In this document: positions 23,701 to 36,140 of the stretch, piece by piece
Layout: each line of letters starts with the position of its first letter
Numbering within the stretch: position 1 is the stretch's first letter
Origin: Lama guanicoe
Lineage: Eukaryota
Reading direction: 5' to 3'
Assembly: GCA_013239625.1 (NCBI GenBank)
Contig: MU053934.1
Coordinates: 3,056,399 to 3,120,398 of the forward strand
DNA length: 64,000 nucleotides
Notes under the pieces: generated by a model
Databases searched by the model: none
What the model was told of the DNA's origin: nothing
What the model saw: only the letters and a program-made list of their open reading frames with translations
Position numbers and translations under genes: made by a program

Positions 23701-26440
23701 CCGCTTCCCCTCCTCCCTGCTCCCTCCCCTCCAGCCTCTGGGTTCTTCGGAGATAAAGGGAACTATGGATTTCCTTTGCTTAACTCTTTGGTGGTCCAAG
23801 AGGGTCCTGTTTAATAGAGACCCAATCAAGTCAGGAAGAGGTCTGAGGCTGATGTGGGGGCTGGGAAATTGAGCCGAGAAGGGAGAAGAGCAAGAGTCCC
23901 GTAAGTTGCTCAGGAAGGAGGCAGTGCTGGGGTGGGGGGGGCTCCAGCCTAAGCTGCAGAACACCAGACCCAGTAGCCTGAGGTTCAAATCCTGGCACTG
24001 GCACCCACTGGCCTGTCCCTTCTCCTTCAGACCCTAGTTGTCTGTACAACTCCAGCCTCCAGCCCCATCCATGCACAAGGGGAGGCTTAGTAAATGTGTG
24101 TTGAGTGAGGGCATTATCTTCTCGGGTATCTGTCACGTAAGGGTGGCGGCCAGGGCAACAGCTCCACCCCCAAGGGACACCAAAGTCCTCCTCCTCCTCT
24201 GCCTGGGATTTTGCCAGGATGAACCATCTTCCTAGAGCCAATCCTCCTGCAGAAATGACCCCCAAGAAGTTCACAGGAGAGCAGCCCATACAGATGTCCC
24301 CGGGCCTGGGCCCAGGGCAGGGTGCTGCCTTAGTCTCCTTCTGGTTAGGCTGCAGGAAGTTTTGCAAAGGCTGCAGCCCGGGTTCCCTGGGGTCAGAGAC
24401 CTCTGGGCAGAGGCTCTTTCAAATGTCCCTCACCCTCCAGCCCCCTCTCTTTCTGCATTTGTTGCACACTTACCACCCAGCTCAGGCTTTATCTTTGCAG
24501 GGGCTTCTGGTACCCCAAGGGTATCTACATCCTTTATTTTTACTAATCTTACCCCCGCCTTGGGAAAAGGAGCTAGGGTGGAGCTGATGTGACTTGCCCA
24601 GGGTCACACAGTGAAGAGGAACCACGACCCTACAGAACGGAAGTGCCCTCCACCTCAGCAGAGTTCCCACGATGGCACAACTGGGCATGGTTCGGGGCAA
24701 AGGCTGCAGTTCAGGGTCCATCCCCTGGGCAACAAGAGGTGGTGACATTCTCACCCTCTGGAGGCACAGGAGTGCAGAGACCTCAGGGGGATTTTATTGA
24801 AATCTGGGTCTTTGGGCATTAAACCCCAGTCCTAACTCACAGCTGGGCCAAGTGCGGAGGGTGTAACAGCCCTGGCTGTGTGACCTTGACCAGCTCTCCT
24901 CTCTGCACTTCTGTTTTCCTTTTAGTTTGGGGGATAATCACACAGCAGAATATCCAGACCTGGAAAAACCCTTCGAGATGATCTAATCCAATTCCTTAAT
25001 CTGTCCCACAGGGACGCTGTGATCCAGGAGGGCAAGTCTTTGGCCCCAGGTCGCACCGCAACCTGGAGTCCAAGCTGGGATGAGAGCCAGGCTCTCCCAA
25101 CTTCCTGCTTTGTGTTGCTTCTGCTTCCCAAGCCCACTGAGAGTCCCCCAGGCCTATTTTGGGGGTCCCAGAGGAAAGCAGCTGAAAGCACTACAGATGC
25201 TGGGAAAACTCTCAGGTCCACACTGGCTGTGCCCTCTCCGTGGCCTGGCCCCAGGCAGCATTCCCAGGGCACAGCGCCAGCAGAGGGAGGGAGGCAAGGG
25301 GAGCCACTCTCCCCACCCTCCCCTGGCTGCTGCCACCAGAGGGAAAAGGGCTGAGTCAGCAGCATCGGAGGGGACACAGCTCCTGGTTGTCTTTGAGCCA
25401 TCTGGCTTAATAAGCCTAGCATTGGAGGAAAAGGGAAGGGAAGGGAAGGGAATATGGGTGGGGGAATAGGAGAAGCAGGGTGGGGACACAGGAATGGTTT
25501 GGTCCAAGGCTTACTGTGTGCAGGCAACGTGCTCCAGGCACGTTCAACAGCCCCTCTGCAGAAAAGGCGGCTCAGACCACTTAGCAGATGAGGAGGCTGA
25601 GACCTGGAAAGTACACGAGTCTCACCAGGTTCTAAAGCCAGCAGCTCCTTTGATTTCCAGCCACATCAATGCCCCAGAAAAGGGCCCCCTTCCCGCCTTG
25701 GTCCAAGGCAGCTGACGGGACAGGACAGACAAGAGAGCCGGACTCAGGAATACTATACAGTCCTTTAATACTTTTCCTCCCACTCTCCTGCACCATACCA
25801 AAATTTCCTCCACTGGCGCATCATTTGTGCATCATCCCTTGGTCTCCCAGCCATTCTGAGGATCTCCCCAGCAGGCCCGCCAGGCAGCTTGGAGACAGAG
25901 CCCTAGGCTTGGGGCAGACAAAACTGGGTTACGTCTCAGTTCCACCTCCTTCTAGCTGTGTGACCGTGGGCATGTCTCCCTACCTCTGAGCCTTGGTGTC
26001 CCTGGGCCGGAGGGACATGCGGAGGACAAGACCATCTGAGCGGCCCGGTGCGATATCCAGTGTGGGTACTCCACACTGGCCACTAATCAGTGCTTCTCCC
26101 TGGCTAAACCCTGAACACGGGGATGAATACGAGCCATTCTCCTCCTGCACACAGATGATGAAGATGCATAGATTCACTGACTCCCAGAACCAAGCTCGTA
26201 GCCACATCCACATTCCCACCCAGGGCTGGGAAGAAGGTAGGAAGATAATGGCATTTAGTCAGTGCTTACAAAGCGCCAAGAACCCTTCGTGTGTTTAAAA
26301 AGTAAAATGCGTGCCTGTCAAAAAGTGATATAGAACAGAAAACATGATTCGGAGTCAGAGATGCAAGCTGTGAACAGCAAGTCACAGATCTAATTGTTCA
26401 AGGACAGTCACCAACTAAGACAGTAAACAAAGGAAACCGT

Positions 26441-26456
26441 GAGCGCCACCTACTGG
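26441..26456 (-). promoter_or_regulatory. CTCF-like motif CCAGTAGGTGGCGCTC
   Basis: Matches the CCASYAGRKGGCRS core. Confidence 0.6.
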
Positions 26457-27260
26457 GGAGAGCCATCGCGCCTGGCACCTACAGGCTGGCTGGAGCGCCC
26501 ATTCTCTCACTGCTTCCTCCAAACCCCACTCCCGGCAAAGAGGGCAGACGGTCCAACAGGACTCTCCCTTTCCCAAGCAGCTAGCTCATTCGGCTTCCTA
26601 ATTCTGCGGAGCCCCTCCCTTCCAGTAGCTAGGTGACCCTGGGTGACCTTCGCTCTCTGGGCTCAGTTTCTCCTTCCTGGTCTTTCTGCAACCCATGTCT
26701 GTTCTAAAGTGCTAATGCGAGTTGGGCGAGTTTAATCCCACTTTACAGAAGAGAAAGTTGAATCCCCAAGAGGCCCAGAGAAGGAAAGAACCAGGGCCAT
26801 CACAGTTCCCCTGGACTCTGACGATGATCCTGTTGTTACAGAGTGGGAAACTGAGGCTCAGGGAAAACAGGTGCAGCAACTGGCTCCCTCGCCATGGTCG
26901 ACTAGTGGCAGAGCCAGACGACAGGGTCCAAGGCACGCGGGATGCCAGAGCCATCCTCTCCGCTTCTCTAGGCAGAGTAAGGGGAGCGACTCCCCCACCC
27001 CCAAGGCCGGGGAGCCCCTCCATCCCCACCCGTTTCGGCCTCAAGCCCTGGAAAAAGTCTGCCGCCAGCCGCGGCCACTCTTGGCACGACCCAGGGCCTA
27101 ACTAGACCAAACCTCCGCCGCGGGGAAACCTGCCGGCGTCGGGGCGGAGGTGGGTGCTCTGCTCGGTCCTCCGCGCCTCTATCCCGGAAGCCGAACGCTA
27201 GAGGGGCGGGAGGAACCGCTGCGGCGCCGGGGCGGGGCCTCTGCGAGTCCGGCTCTCCGC

Positions 27261-27430
27261 AGAGCCGAGCAGAAGCGAACAAGACCGAACTTGGCCGAGG
27301 AGTGCCGAGTCATGCCGAGGGTAGCCGAGCAGAGCCGAGTCAGGCAGAGCCCAGAGTGTAGGGCCGACCATAGCCGGGTCTGACCGAGTTTGATCCGAGT
27401 GGGGCCGAATAGAGCTGAGTCTGGCCGGAG
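27261..27430. repeat. Degenerate 10-bp tandem array (NNNGCCGAGY), about 17 units
   Basis: Consecutive units agagccgagc, agaagcgaac, aagaccgaac, ttggccgagg, agtgccgagt, catgccgagg, gtagccgagc, agagccgagt and further degenerate copies. Confidence 0.8.
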
Positions 27431-27473
27431 CGGAGCTGCGGGAGGGCGCTAAGCGGAAAGGGGGAGGTTCCGC

Positions 27474-27488
27474 GGCGCCCCCTGCCGG
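27474..27488 (-). promoter_or_regulatory. CTCF-like motif CCGGCAGGGGGCGCC
   Basis: Close match to the CTCF core, inside the CpG island. Confidence 0.5.
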
Positions 27489-28699
27489 ACACAGAGCACC
27501 GCGCTGGCCTCGGCCAGAACCAACCCGCCGCCTCCCCGACCTGTGACAGTCCGGTGAGATAGGGCTGCGGAGCCCATTTTATGGATGAGAAAACTGAGGC
27601 TTCAAGAGGTTTCAAGACTGGCCCAGAGCTAAGAAGTGGTGGCTGTGGGGTTCGAAACCGATTGTGTGGCAGAGAGCTCACCTGCTACTGCCACGCACGT
27701 CAATGGACATTGTGTTTTTGTTTTGTTCTCCCCATAATTGCTGCCATTTATTATGTCCAGAGAGGAGGAGGGACCCGCCCTGTCTGAAGAGCCGCCCGCT
27801 CCGGAGCACAGAGATAACCCCTCCTCCAGACAACGAAACCAAGCAGACTCTGGACACGTTGACCAAGGGCGGCAGGGCCTGCAATTCCCATGTGCAAATA
27901 TTGACATATTTCCTGGTCATTAAAGCAGAAGGCAGAATGGAGAGGCCATGTGCTACTGCAGGGTCATTTTCCTATCTGTTAGCAATATGGCCATAGAGGG
28001 CAGGATCTCCTGGCTGTCTATAGGCTGTGTTCCTAGGGTATGCGAGCCAGGACCTGAGGTGTCTGGGACCCTGGAGGAGGCCAAGTGTGACCCCGGGCCC
28101 TTTCTTTGAGCCTGTGAAACAGTGGAGGCTGGCCTGCCCTCCATGAATGCATGTAGGCACGAGTGTGTCACTGTCATTCACCTCAGCGTGCACACCACCT
28201 TAGCCTGCCAGGAAAGCCTGTGCCGAAGCTGCAGGGCTCGCTGGAGGGTGGCGGGGCCTCTAGGAAACAACTGAGGTCCCGATGGGGTCTGGGCTGCCTC
28301 TCATGCCTGTGGAATTTTGCCCAAGGGCATCATCTGTCACCTTCAGTGGCCACCAAGGAGCTGGCACCAGTGGCCTCTAAGCTCTTCCCACCTCCAGAAT
28401 AACTCCTTCCACCCTGGCCCTCATCTTTGTACTTTTTAAAAACTATAGACGTTGGACTGGGGGCTAGGAAAATGGGGATTTTGGCCTTGCCTCTGGTGCT
28501 GTGACTCTGGGAAAATCACATGACCAACCCAGGCCTCACTGTCTTCAGCTGTAAAATGGTATCAGAGCTGTTCTTAGTAGCTTGAACATCTCTCATGCCT
28601 CCTTTCTGGTGCACAGACTCCAGTTTCCTCTTGACACTCAGCTGGGCCGTCACCTCTCCCAGGGAGACCTCCACCCCTACCCATGGATGGATTCTTGCT

Positions 28700-28945
28700 T
28701 CTGTTAAATGTTTATTTAACATACAGCACCTACAATGCACAGGGCACTGTTCTAAGCTCTTTAGAAGTATCAACTCATTTAAACCTCTTAACAATAGACA
28801 TCTGCTCTCATCTTCATCTCAAGAGGAGGAAACTGAGGAACAGAAAGGTTAATGAACTGGCTCAAGATCAAACAGCTAGAGAATGGATGAGCCAGGATTC
28901 AAACCCAGAAAGTCCCAGATTCCAGGGGCTAAAGAACCACCTCTT
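28700..28945 (-). mobile_element. MIR SINE (one example of many MIR copies across the window)
   Basis: gaggaaactgagg...aaggttaatgaactggctcaagatcaaacagcta...ccaggattcaaaccca core. Similar copies near 15810, 19880, 22660, 35380, 39030, 39400, 41360, 43760, 53950, 55500, 59700 and 60310. Confidence 0.75.
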
Positions 28946-29133
28946 TATCGCTTATCTTCAATGTGACTTCCTTCACCCTGGAAGACAGGCCTGGTACTTC
29001 TCTGCCTTCCTCTTTTTGCATTTGGCAGCTGTTCAGGAAACACTTGTTGAATGAAAGAATGAATGAATTTGTCCAAGGTCCTCTGGAGACCTAAGAGAGG
29101 AGGGGCTGTTGGCTTCATTTTGCAGGTGGGAAT

Positions 29134-29577
29134 TGTATGCGTTTGCTAGGGCTGCCCGAACAAAGTGCAACAAACTAGACTGTTTAAACAAGAGAAATTA
29201 ATTTGCTTATAGTGCTGGAGGCTGGAAGTCCAAGATCAAGGTGTCAGGCAAGGTTGCTTCTTTCTGAGGGCTGTGAGGAAGGGTCAGTTTCAGGCCTCTC
29301 TCCCAGTTTGGGATGGCTTGCTGGCCATCCTTAGCATTCCTTGGCTGGAAGCATCACCCCAGCATTTTCTCTGTGTCCGTGTCTGTGTCCAAATCTTTTC
29401 TTAAGAACACCAGTCACACCAGAAAAGGGGCCCACCCTACGTACTCCAGGGTGACCTCGTCTTAACTACTTCCAACTGCAAGGACTCTATTTTTAGATAA
29501 GATCACATCCGGAGGTACTTCAACCTATGTTAGGACTTCAACCTATGAATTTGAGGGGCACATAATCCAATGCACAG
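29134..29577 (-). mobile_element. MaLR solo LTR (MLT1B/C-like)
   Basis: ctggaggctggaagtccaagatcaaggtgtc...gggcccacccta...gacctcgtcttaact...ggacttcaac. Confidence 0.8.
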
Positions 29578-31680
29578 CAGGAATTAACCTCCTAGGAGGT
29601 CCTGTCTGACACAGCTTCTGTCCTCAAACTGGGCCTCCCCTCTGCCTTTCTCCCTTTCCTTCCCTGCCTTCCTCCAGCCACAGGGCCTTAGCACATACAG
29701 CCCCTTTGCCAGGCACTCCCAGTCTCACTCTGCTTTCGGTACCACTCCCACCATGGCCCCTCCCCAACGCTGTGCTCCCCTCAGAGCGCACTGCACCTCT
29801 GTCCCCACCAGATAGTGATGCATTTTACTTGTGGGGCTGCGTGCGAGCATCAGAAGCACAGGAACTGTGTCTGTTTCCATCCACTGTGCTCCCAGCCCAG
29901 TGTCAGGACCTTGTGCACAGTGGATGCTCAGTCATATCCTTGTTGTTTTAATGAAATTTGCCCGGAGAGGTCAAGTGAATGGTCAAGGCCGTGCGGTAGT
30001 TTCATGATAGAGAGGGCGTAGGTCCCAGGCCTCCTGAGTTTAACTCTCATGACTTTTAGGGGATGCGTTTGCCCCATGGCCTTCCAGTTGACTTGCCCAG
30101 AGTCTCACCAGGGCCTGCCAGTGACGGTGGCATGGGGGGCATCCTGAGATCTTGGTGAGACCGTGCCTTGCAAGAGTCCAGGGAGAGCCCCTCGTATTAC
30201 AGCCTGGGGTCCTCGCTGCCTTTAGATGCTTTCTTCTGTGTCTGGAGTCCTGTGGAGCCCAGGCCGTCACCTCCCCATGGGATGATGGCCTGTCTCCCCC
30301 ACTCTTTGGAGGTGAGGCAAGTCTGAAGCCCTGGGACCTTGGCTTCTCCTAACCCAGACCATACAGACTCCCAGCTCCTTTCCGCTAATGCTGATGCTGA
30401 TGCATGAAGTCCTGGTCCAGAGCCTGGTGGCCATGGGCTGTTGCCTGGCAACAGCCTCTGAGAGACAAGTTCAAGGGAAGGTGTTGGGTCTGAGCAACTC
30501 AGATGTCTGGAGAGAAGGAGTCAGTCAAGGAGGGTCATCACCACCCCTTCCTGCCTGCTCAGGCTCACAGCCCCAGAGCCTCCCCTCACCTCACAGCCCC
30601 TTCGGCTCCCATAATCCACATATTCCAACCCCAAACCCCCATCTGACTCCTTCCACTCCCTGATCCTCCCCCAAGTATTCAGGGTCACTACATTGCACAA
30701 ATCCAAAGGTTAGAGTCACAGTGTGAAAATCTCCCCCCTGGAATTGTGAAATGGAATTTCCCCCATTCGTTCATTTATTCCAAATTCTCATATGAAGAGC
30801 CCCCAGCACTGCCAGGCCCTGGGAACCCAGATGCATTGGGCACAGTCCTTGCCTGGAAGGAGAAGTCTCGTGGGACACCCACACACACAGGCACATGAGC
30901 GTACACAGGCAGTGACACACGGTGAGATGGGGAACCTGGGGGGCCGTGGGATCCAGAGAGGGGACTTTGGCCCAGGCATGGCTCCCATGCCACCTCGGCT
31001 GCCAGCAGTCTCTCTGCTCCCACTCCGTGCATCCCTGTCACACACACAGCAGGCCCTAGGTGTTACACACCAATACACGTTCACTCACGGATATGTCTGA
31101 GATGCCCTGCACACCTACTATGTGCCCTGCACTGTGCTGAGACCCCCCTCTCCCCAATCCTACTCTCATTGCTTCCTGGCTCATCTCTCCTTGCCATTGG
31201 GAGTCTGTCCCTGACCCAACCCCTACCCCACTGGTCAGGCCAAACTGTCCATCACAGTGTCCCCCCTTCTCTCTGACTGGAAAGATGGGCACATGACCCA
31301 CACCTGGCTAATCATGGCATTCTATCACCTTGTCTTTGGCGATTGGCCCAAGGGGCCATCATGTGACCCAGTTGGAGCCAATCAGCTCTCTTCCGTGAGA
31401 TCTAATATTTGGACACAGGAAGAGAGAATATCTACGCTCTGGGATCCAGATCTGTAAGGATGTAGTCTGGGCCTTGTCAGGAGCATCTTCCACGACCCTG
31501 GAGGCCAGGACTATGGAAGGCTATATACAAGGAGGTCTGGTTATGCAGCGATGAGAGACAGTTAGGAGGAGCATCCTGATGGAGATGGGTGCCTGTACAC
31601 ACCCCCACTCATGCACACTGATCTAACACACAGTGCCCGGCAGAGAAATTGGCCCAGGCCAGTTGTCATGTGTTACCACC

Positions 31681-31686
31681 TTTATT
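31681..31686 (-). terminator. SSTR3: Candidate SSTR3 poly(A) signal AATAAA
   Basis: tttatt on + strand about 2.2 kb downstream of the stop. It is the first canonical hexamer I noticed, and repeat-derived DNA starts just beyond it. Confidence 0.65.
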
Positions 31687-33926
31687 GACAAAAGCTGGGG
31701 TCAGAAACAGCAAAGGATTTCCCTAAGGGGCCTCCCAGCCACCCTTGTGGAACAGGCTCACTTGCCCTAGGAATCAGGAAAGCAGGGCATGCTGGAATGC
31801 CAGGGGCCCTCTTCCCTCAGACCCCCAGATCCTCCTGAGGGGAACCCCAGACTGAGGACTGGGCCTCCAGCCTCCAACCGCCACACAAGCTCAATTTTCT
31901 AAACTTCCTTCCCCCTGAGGGGCCCTCACCCTACCCCATGCCCTGCCTCCCTGATCCTTGGTCTCTGACCCCCAACTCCCCCTCTCTCATGTCCCGCTGT
32001 GTCGTCACCCCCAAGAGCTGGAGACAGAGAGGCCACTTGATGAAGGAGAAGGAGGTGAAGGCCATGCCTGGCAGGGGGCTGCTTCCACTTTGTAATCTGC
32101 TATGCCCCACCCCCACCCATCGTAGTGAGCCTGGCAGTGCCCCCAGATGACTCATTTTCTTCCCAAATCCCAGGAGGCAGGCAAGCTGGGACAACCACTT
32201 CCATTTTAGGATGGGGAAACTGAAGCCCAGAGAGGTCAAGGCTAGACAGGATCCGGAGATGAGCTAAAAATCTAGGTCCCCCAACGTGTGGTTCATACGC
32301 TTTCCCTGAGGACCTGAGGACACCCTACCCTCTGTGGGGCCGCGGGTTGAGGGATTTAGCCAGAGGTACCACCGTCCCCAAGACCAGTCTTGCTGGGGCT
32401 CTAAGGGGTCGCCACTGGGAGGGAGTCCAGGCCCAGCCTTGCACAGTGGCCTCTCCCTGTGGTCTCCCTCCAGACTCCTCTAGTCTTGTCTTCCTTGGGC
32501 CTTCCCGACCTGTCGCCCTGGGGAATACAGAAGATGGAAGTCCTGCTCCCCAGCCTGCTGGGGCCACACCACTCCTCCTAACCTCTCCAGGGAGCCAGGC
32601 CCTGCTTCCCAGCTCTGCCCCCAGGCTTCCATCAACACCCAGCCCTTCTTACCAGCACTGCGGGCCCCCAAGGGGCCTGGCCCCATACCTTTCAGAGCAT
32701 TTGCTGTTCCACCCTGATGGCATCTTTTCTTTGAGGCTGATCAGATCAGGTCAGGCACCAGCGATCCAGTTTCATGGATGCTGCAACTGAGCTCTGCCCA
32801 GAGGGGCCAAGGTCAGCTCCAAGGTCATGGGACAGATCTGGTCTCCACCTCCTCCTTGTCCTCCTTCTTCTCCCTTCTGTCCCTTCCCCATTATCTGCCT
32901 TTTCCTCTCAGCCCTGTTTAGACACTCTGCCTTTCCACACCAGCCTGCGTGGGCCAGGTCCCTGCCTTCGTCACTGAGAGATAGGGACAGGGAGGATTTC
33001 TATGAGGAGGATCCTGCAGCCCTCAAAGACCCAGAGACCCTCTCAAGCCACAGGACACAGAGCGAGCTGCTTTGAGAATTGGTCGGCTGCCCCCAGCAGG
33101 GTTTGAGCTAGGCTTTGGGTGGCCTAAGTTTGAGCAAGTTGAGGTCCCTCTTTGAGAAAGGGAATACAAATTTACAAATACAAAATTCAACTCAGGCCTC
33201 AGAGGGGCCCGCACAGTCAGGAACCTTGAAGCTGGGCTTAATTAGCTTCCTGGAAGATCTGCCTCTTCTCCTGCTGTCCAGGAACGCAGGAGTCCTGGCA
33301 CTGACCATCTGGACCAAGAGGGCCTGGGGGTTGCTGGGTTGGTCAGCGGGAGAGGCCCGAGGCCCAGAGAGGAGAAGAGCCGGCCCACGGCCTTGCAGCA
33401 AGAGGAGGAGGGCGGATGTGGGGCCTGAGCAGCCCCTCCTTCCTGCCAGGAAATACTTTCTCCTATTCGGGGCCGCAGTGAATCTCCCCATGAACCTGGG
33501 GCCCCAATCCCTCCTTTGTGAACTTGACTCTGAGCCCAGGAAATCCAGGCCTTGGTTTAGCCCTCTGAGGGCCAAGATTCAGGCTGCTTCACCAGGATGC
33601 TCTGTCTCCGAAGGGGAAGGCCAGTCTGCACTTACCCCTTTAACCTGGCCCCACTCAGAAAGATCAGCCCAGCAGGGGTGCCCCTCCAGACTTCTCATCT
33701 GATGGAGCTCATCTAGGAGGATATCTCCCATCCCTGAGTCACAGAGAACACGCGGCCCAGAGAGGGAAAGTGACCTATCTGAGGTCACACAGCAAGTCTC
33801 AGCAGCAATGGGATCAGAGCCCAGGCCTCCAAACATCCCATCATGGGCCCCTGGCACCTTGGGCAGCATGCCCTAGCGCACCCACATTTGCCCTGTCCTC
33901 GGGCTACCCTGGCCCTCCTCAGTCCC

Positions 33927-35198
33927 CTACAGATAGCTGATGTGCAGCGTGCCCGACTTTTCCCCAGCTGAGGGCTCCTGGGGGAGGAATTGATGCTCCT
34001 TGCTGGCGGTGCCGCTGGGCAGCTGCTCCTGCCCCCTGGAACCAGGCTGTGTGATCTGGCTGACCCGGCCATTCATCTCCTTCTCCCTCTGCTTCCCTGC
34101 CGCCTCCTTCCTATCACCACTCCCATCCTCTAACTCATGGTCCTCCTCCTCAGTCTTCTCTGGAGGCCCCACAGGAGGTTCCTGGTTGCGCACACGGCGG
34201 GAAGGCCGCAGCAGGACCCTGCGGAAGCCCTGCTTGAAGCGGTAGGAGAGGAAGCCGTAAAGGATGGGGTTGGCGCAGCTGTTGGCATAGGGCAGTGCCA
34301 CCACCAGGAAGTAGAGGCCAAAGAAGGCGGGCTCCTCGGGCAGAGGGCACACCACATTGATAATGTTGAGCACGTAGAAGGGCATCCAGCAGAGGACGAA
34401 GAGAGCCACCACGGCCACCACCATGCGTGTGACCCTGCGTTCCGAGTGCCGCCGCCGCTGGCACGAAGGTGCGCGCACCCGCCGCCCGGCTGAGCGCACC
34501 TTGACCACAATGAGCAGGTAGCAGAGGCAGATGACCAGCAGTGGCCCAAAGAAGCCCAGTGCGGCCGTGTAGATGATGAAGCCAGCCCGCCAGGCTGCCG
34601 CCGGCTCAGGCCACTGCATGTGGCAGGTGCTCATGCCACGGGGCACACCGGAGAAGACCACCACGGGTAGGACCACCACGGCCGAAGCCACCCAGACGGC
34701 TGCACTGACTGTGCGGGCCACAGGTGCCGTGCGCCAGCGGGCTGAGCGGGTAGGATGCACCACCGCCAGGTAGCGGTCCACGCTCATGACGGTGAGGCAG
34801 AAGATGCTGGTGAACTGGTTGATGCCGTCCACTGCCATGACCAGGCGGCACATGAGGGAGCCAAAGGGCCAGTAGGACAGGGCATTCTGGGCAGCCAGGA
34901 AAGGCAGTCCCAGCATGAAGAGCTCGTCAGCCAGCGCCAGGTTGAGGATATAGATGCTGGTGACGGACGGGCTGGCCGTCTGGCGCAGAACCACATAGAT
35001 GACCAGTGAGTTGCCCAGCAGGCCCACCACGCACACCACCAAGTAGACCAATGGGATCAGAATGCCACTGACAGCCAACCCTGCTGCGCTCGGCACTGCA
35101 GATGCGTTTCCAAGGACGACATCCAGGGACCAGGCCGAGGAGGTGTTCCCAGGGTCCGAGGTCGTGGGCACCAGAGAAGGAGAGCCAGGGGTGTCCAT
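33927..35198 (-). CDS. SSTR3: Somatostatin receptor type 3 (class A GPCR), single coding exon, 423 aa
   Basis: Seven hydrophobic segments with GNSLV, NLALAD, DRY, CWMPFY and [11 protein letters not shown] motifs, an acidic C-tail and a C-terminal ISYL. ATG in gccATGg context at 35196-35198 (the ORF-track start at 35204 is a TTG). Acceptor tcctccag| precedes 35233. Confidence 0.98.
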   Translation of the reverse strand: MDTPGSPSLVPTTSDPGNTSSAWSLDVVLGNASAVPSAAGLAVSGILIPLVYLVVCVVGLLGNSLVIYVVLRQTASPSVTSIYILNLALADELFMLGLPFLAAQNALSYWPFGSLMCRLVMAVDGINQFTSIFCLTVMSVDRYLAVVHPTRSARWRTAPVARTVSAAVWVASAVVVLPVVVFSGVPRGMSTCHMQWPEPAAAWRAGFIIYTAALGFFGPLLVICLCYLLIVVKVRSAGRRVRAPSCQRRRHSERRVTRMVVAVVALFVLCWMPFYVLNIINVVCPLPEEPAFFGLYFLVVALPYANSCANPILYGFLSYRFKQGFRRVLLRPSRRVRNQEPPVGPPEKTEEEDHELEDGSGDRKEAAGKQREKEMNGRVSQITQPGSRGQEQLPSGTASKEHQFLPQEPSAGEKSGTLHISYL

Positions 35199-35774
35199 GG
35201 CCAAGGGAGGGTGGTCAGCAGTCAGCTTCTGGCCTGGAGGAGGGAGGACACAGCTTGGTCATGGCAAGGAATGGCGTTCTCTCCATAGCCCCTCCCCCAT
35301 CACACTGAACTTGGAGACTTATTGGGCACCTGGCCAGAGTTTGACGTGTCACAGCGCATCCACTCTGCACAGTACAGTAAGGGAGGCCTGCAAGTTATCC
35401 CCACTTCTCAGATGAGGAAGCTGAGTCTCAGAGAGGTGAAGTGGCCGCCCTGTACCACATAGCAGGGCTATGGCGTGAGACTCGGGCTTGCCTGGCTCCA
35501 AAGGGCAGGAACCAGCCCTGGCCTGTGCTGCACTGTGTCCCTTCGCCTGTGCACAGGAAGAGGGCTCCACGAATGTCCAGTAAACGGCTGAGTGGAGCAT
35601 TCAGTCAGCTGATGACAACATGAGCCCTTTCTTCTACAGCAGCACTTTTTAAACGTTTTGGACACCATTGCATTTTACTTTGCAAGCCGGTGAGGTCACA
35701 TTACTTCATAAAACGATCCTTGCCTTTTCTACATATGATTGCCCAGCTGGCATATCCCCAAGTGGATCACCCAC

Positions 35775-36140
35775 TGTTATAGACTGAATGTGTCCTCCCC
35801 TACTCCAAACTGATACGTTAAAATCCTAACCCCCAGTGTGATGGTATTAGGAGGTGGGACCTTTGGGGGTGATTAGGTCATGAGTGTGGAGACTTCATGA
35901 ATGGGATTTGTGCCTTTCTAAGGGGGACCCCAGGGAGCTCCCTTGTCCCTTTCACCAAGCAAGGAAACAGCAAGGAAACAGGCATTCATGAACCAGAAAG
36001 CAGGCTTCCACCAGACACTGAATCTGCTGGCACTTCGACCTTGGACTTTCCAGCCTCCACAACGGTGAGGAATAAATTTCTGTTGTTTATAAGCCATCCA
36101 ATCTGTGGTATTCTGTTACAGCAACTGGAACAGACTGACA
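35775..36140 (+). mobile_element. MaLR solo LTR (MLT1A-like) in the SSTR3 intron
   Basis: TG...CA ends, aaatcctaacccccagtgtgatggtattaggaggtggg and aataaatttctgttgtttataagcca. Confidence 0.85.

Larger units (their letters stand above)
27040..27580. promoter_or_regulatory. CpG island with GC boxes, upstream of C1QTNF6
   Basis: Abrupt rise in CpG density. GGGGCGG(A/G)G boxes near 27141, 27203 and 27228. Confidence 0.8.

Noticed and set aside
27261..27430. CRISPR-like repeat-spacer array
   Set aside because: The units are only 10 bp, the context is eukaryotic and there are no cas genes.
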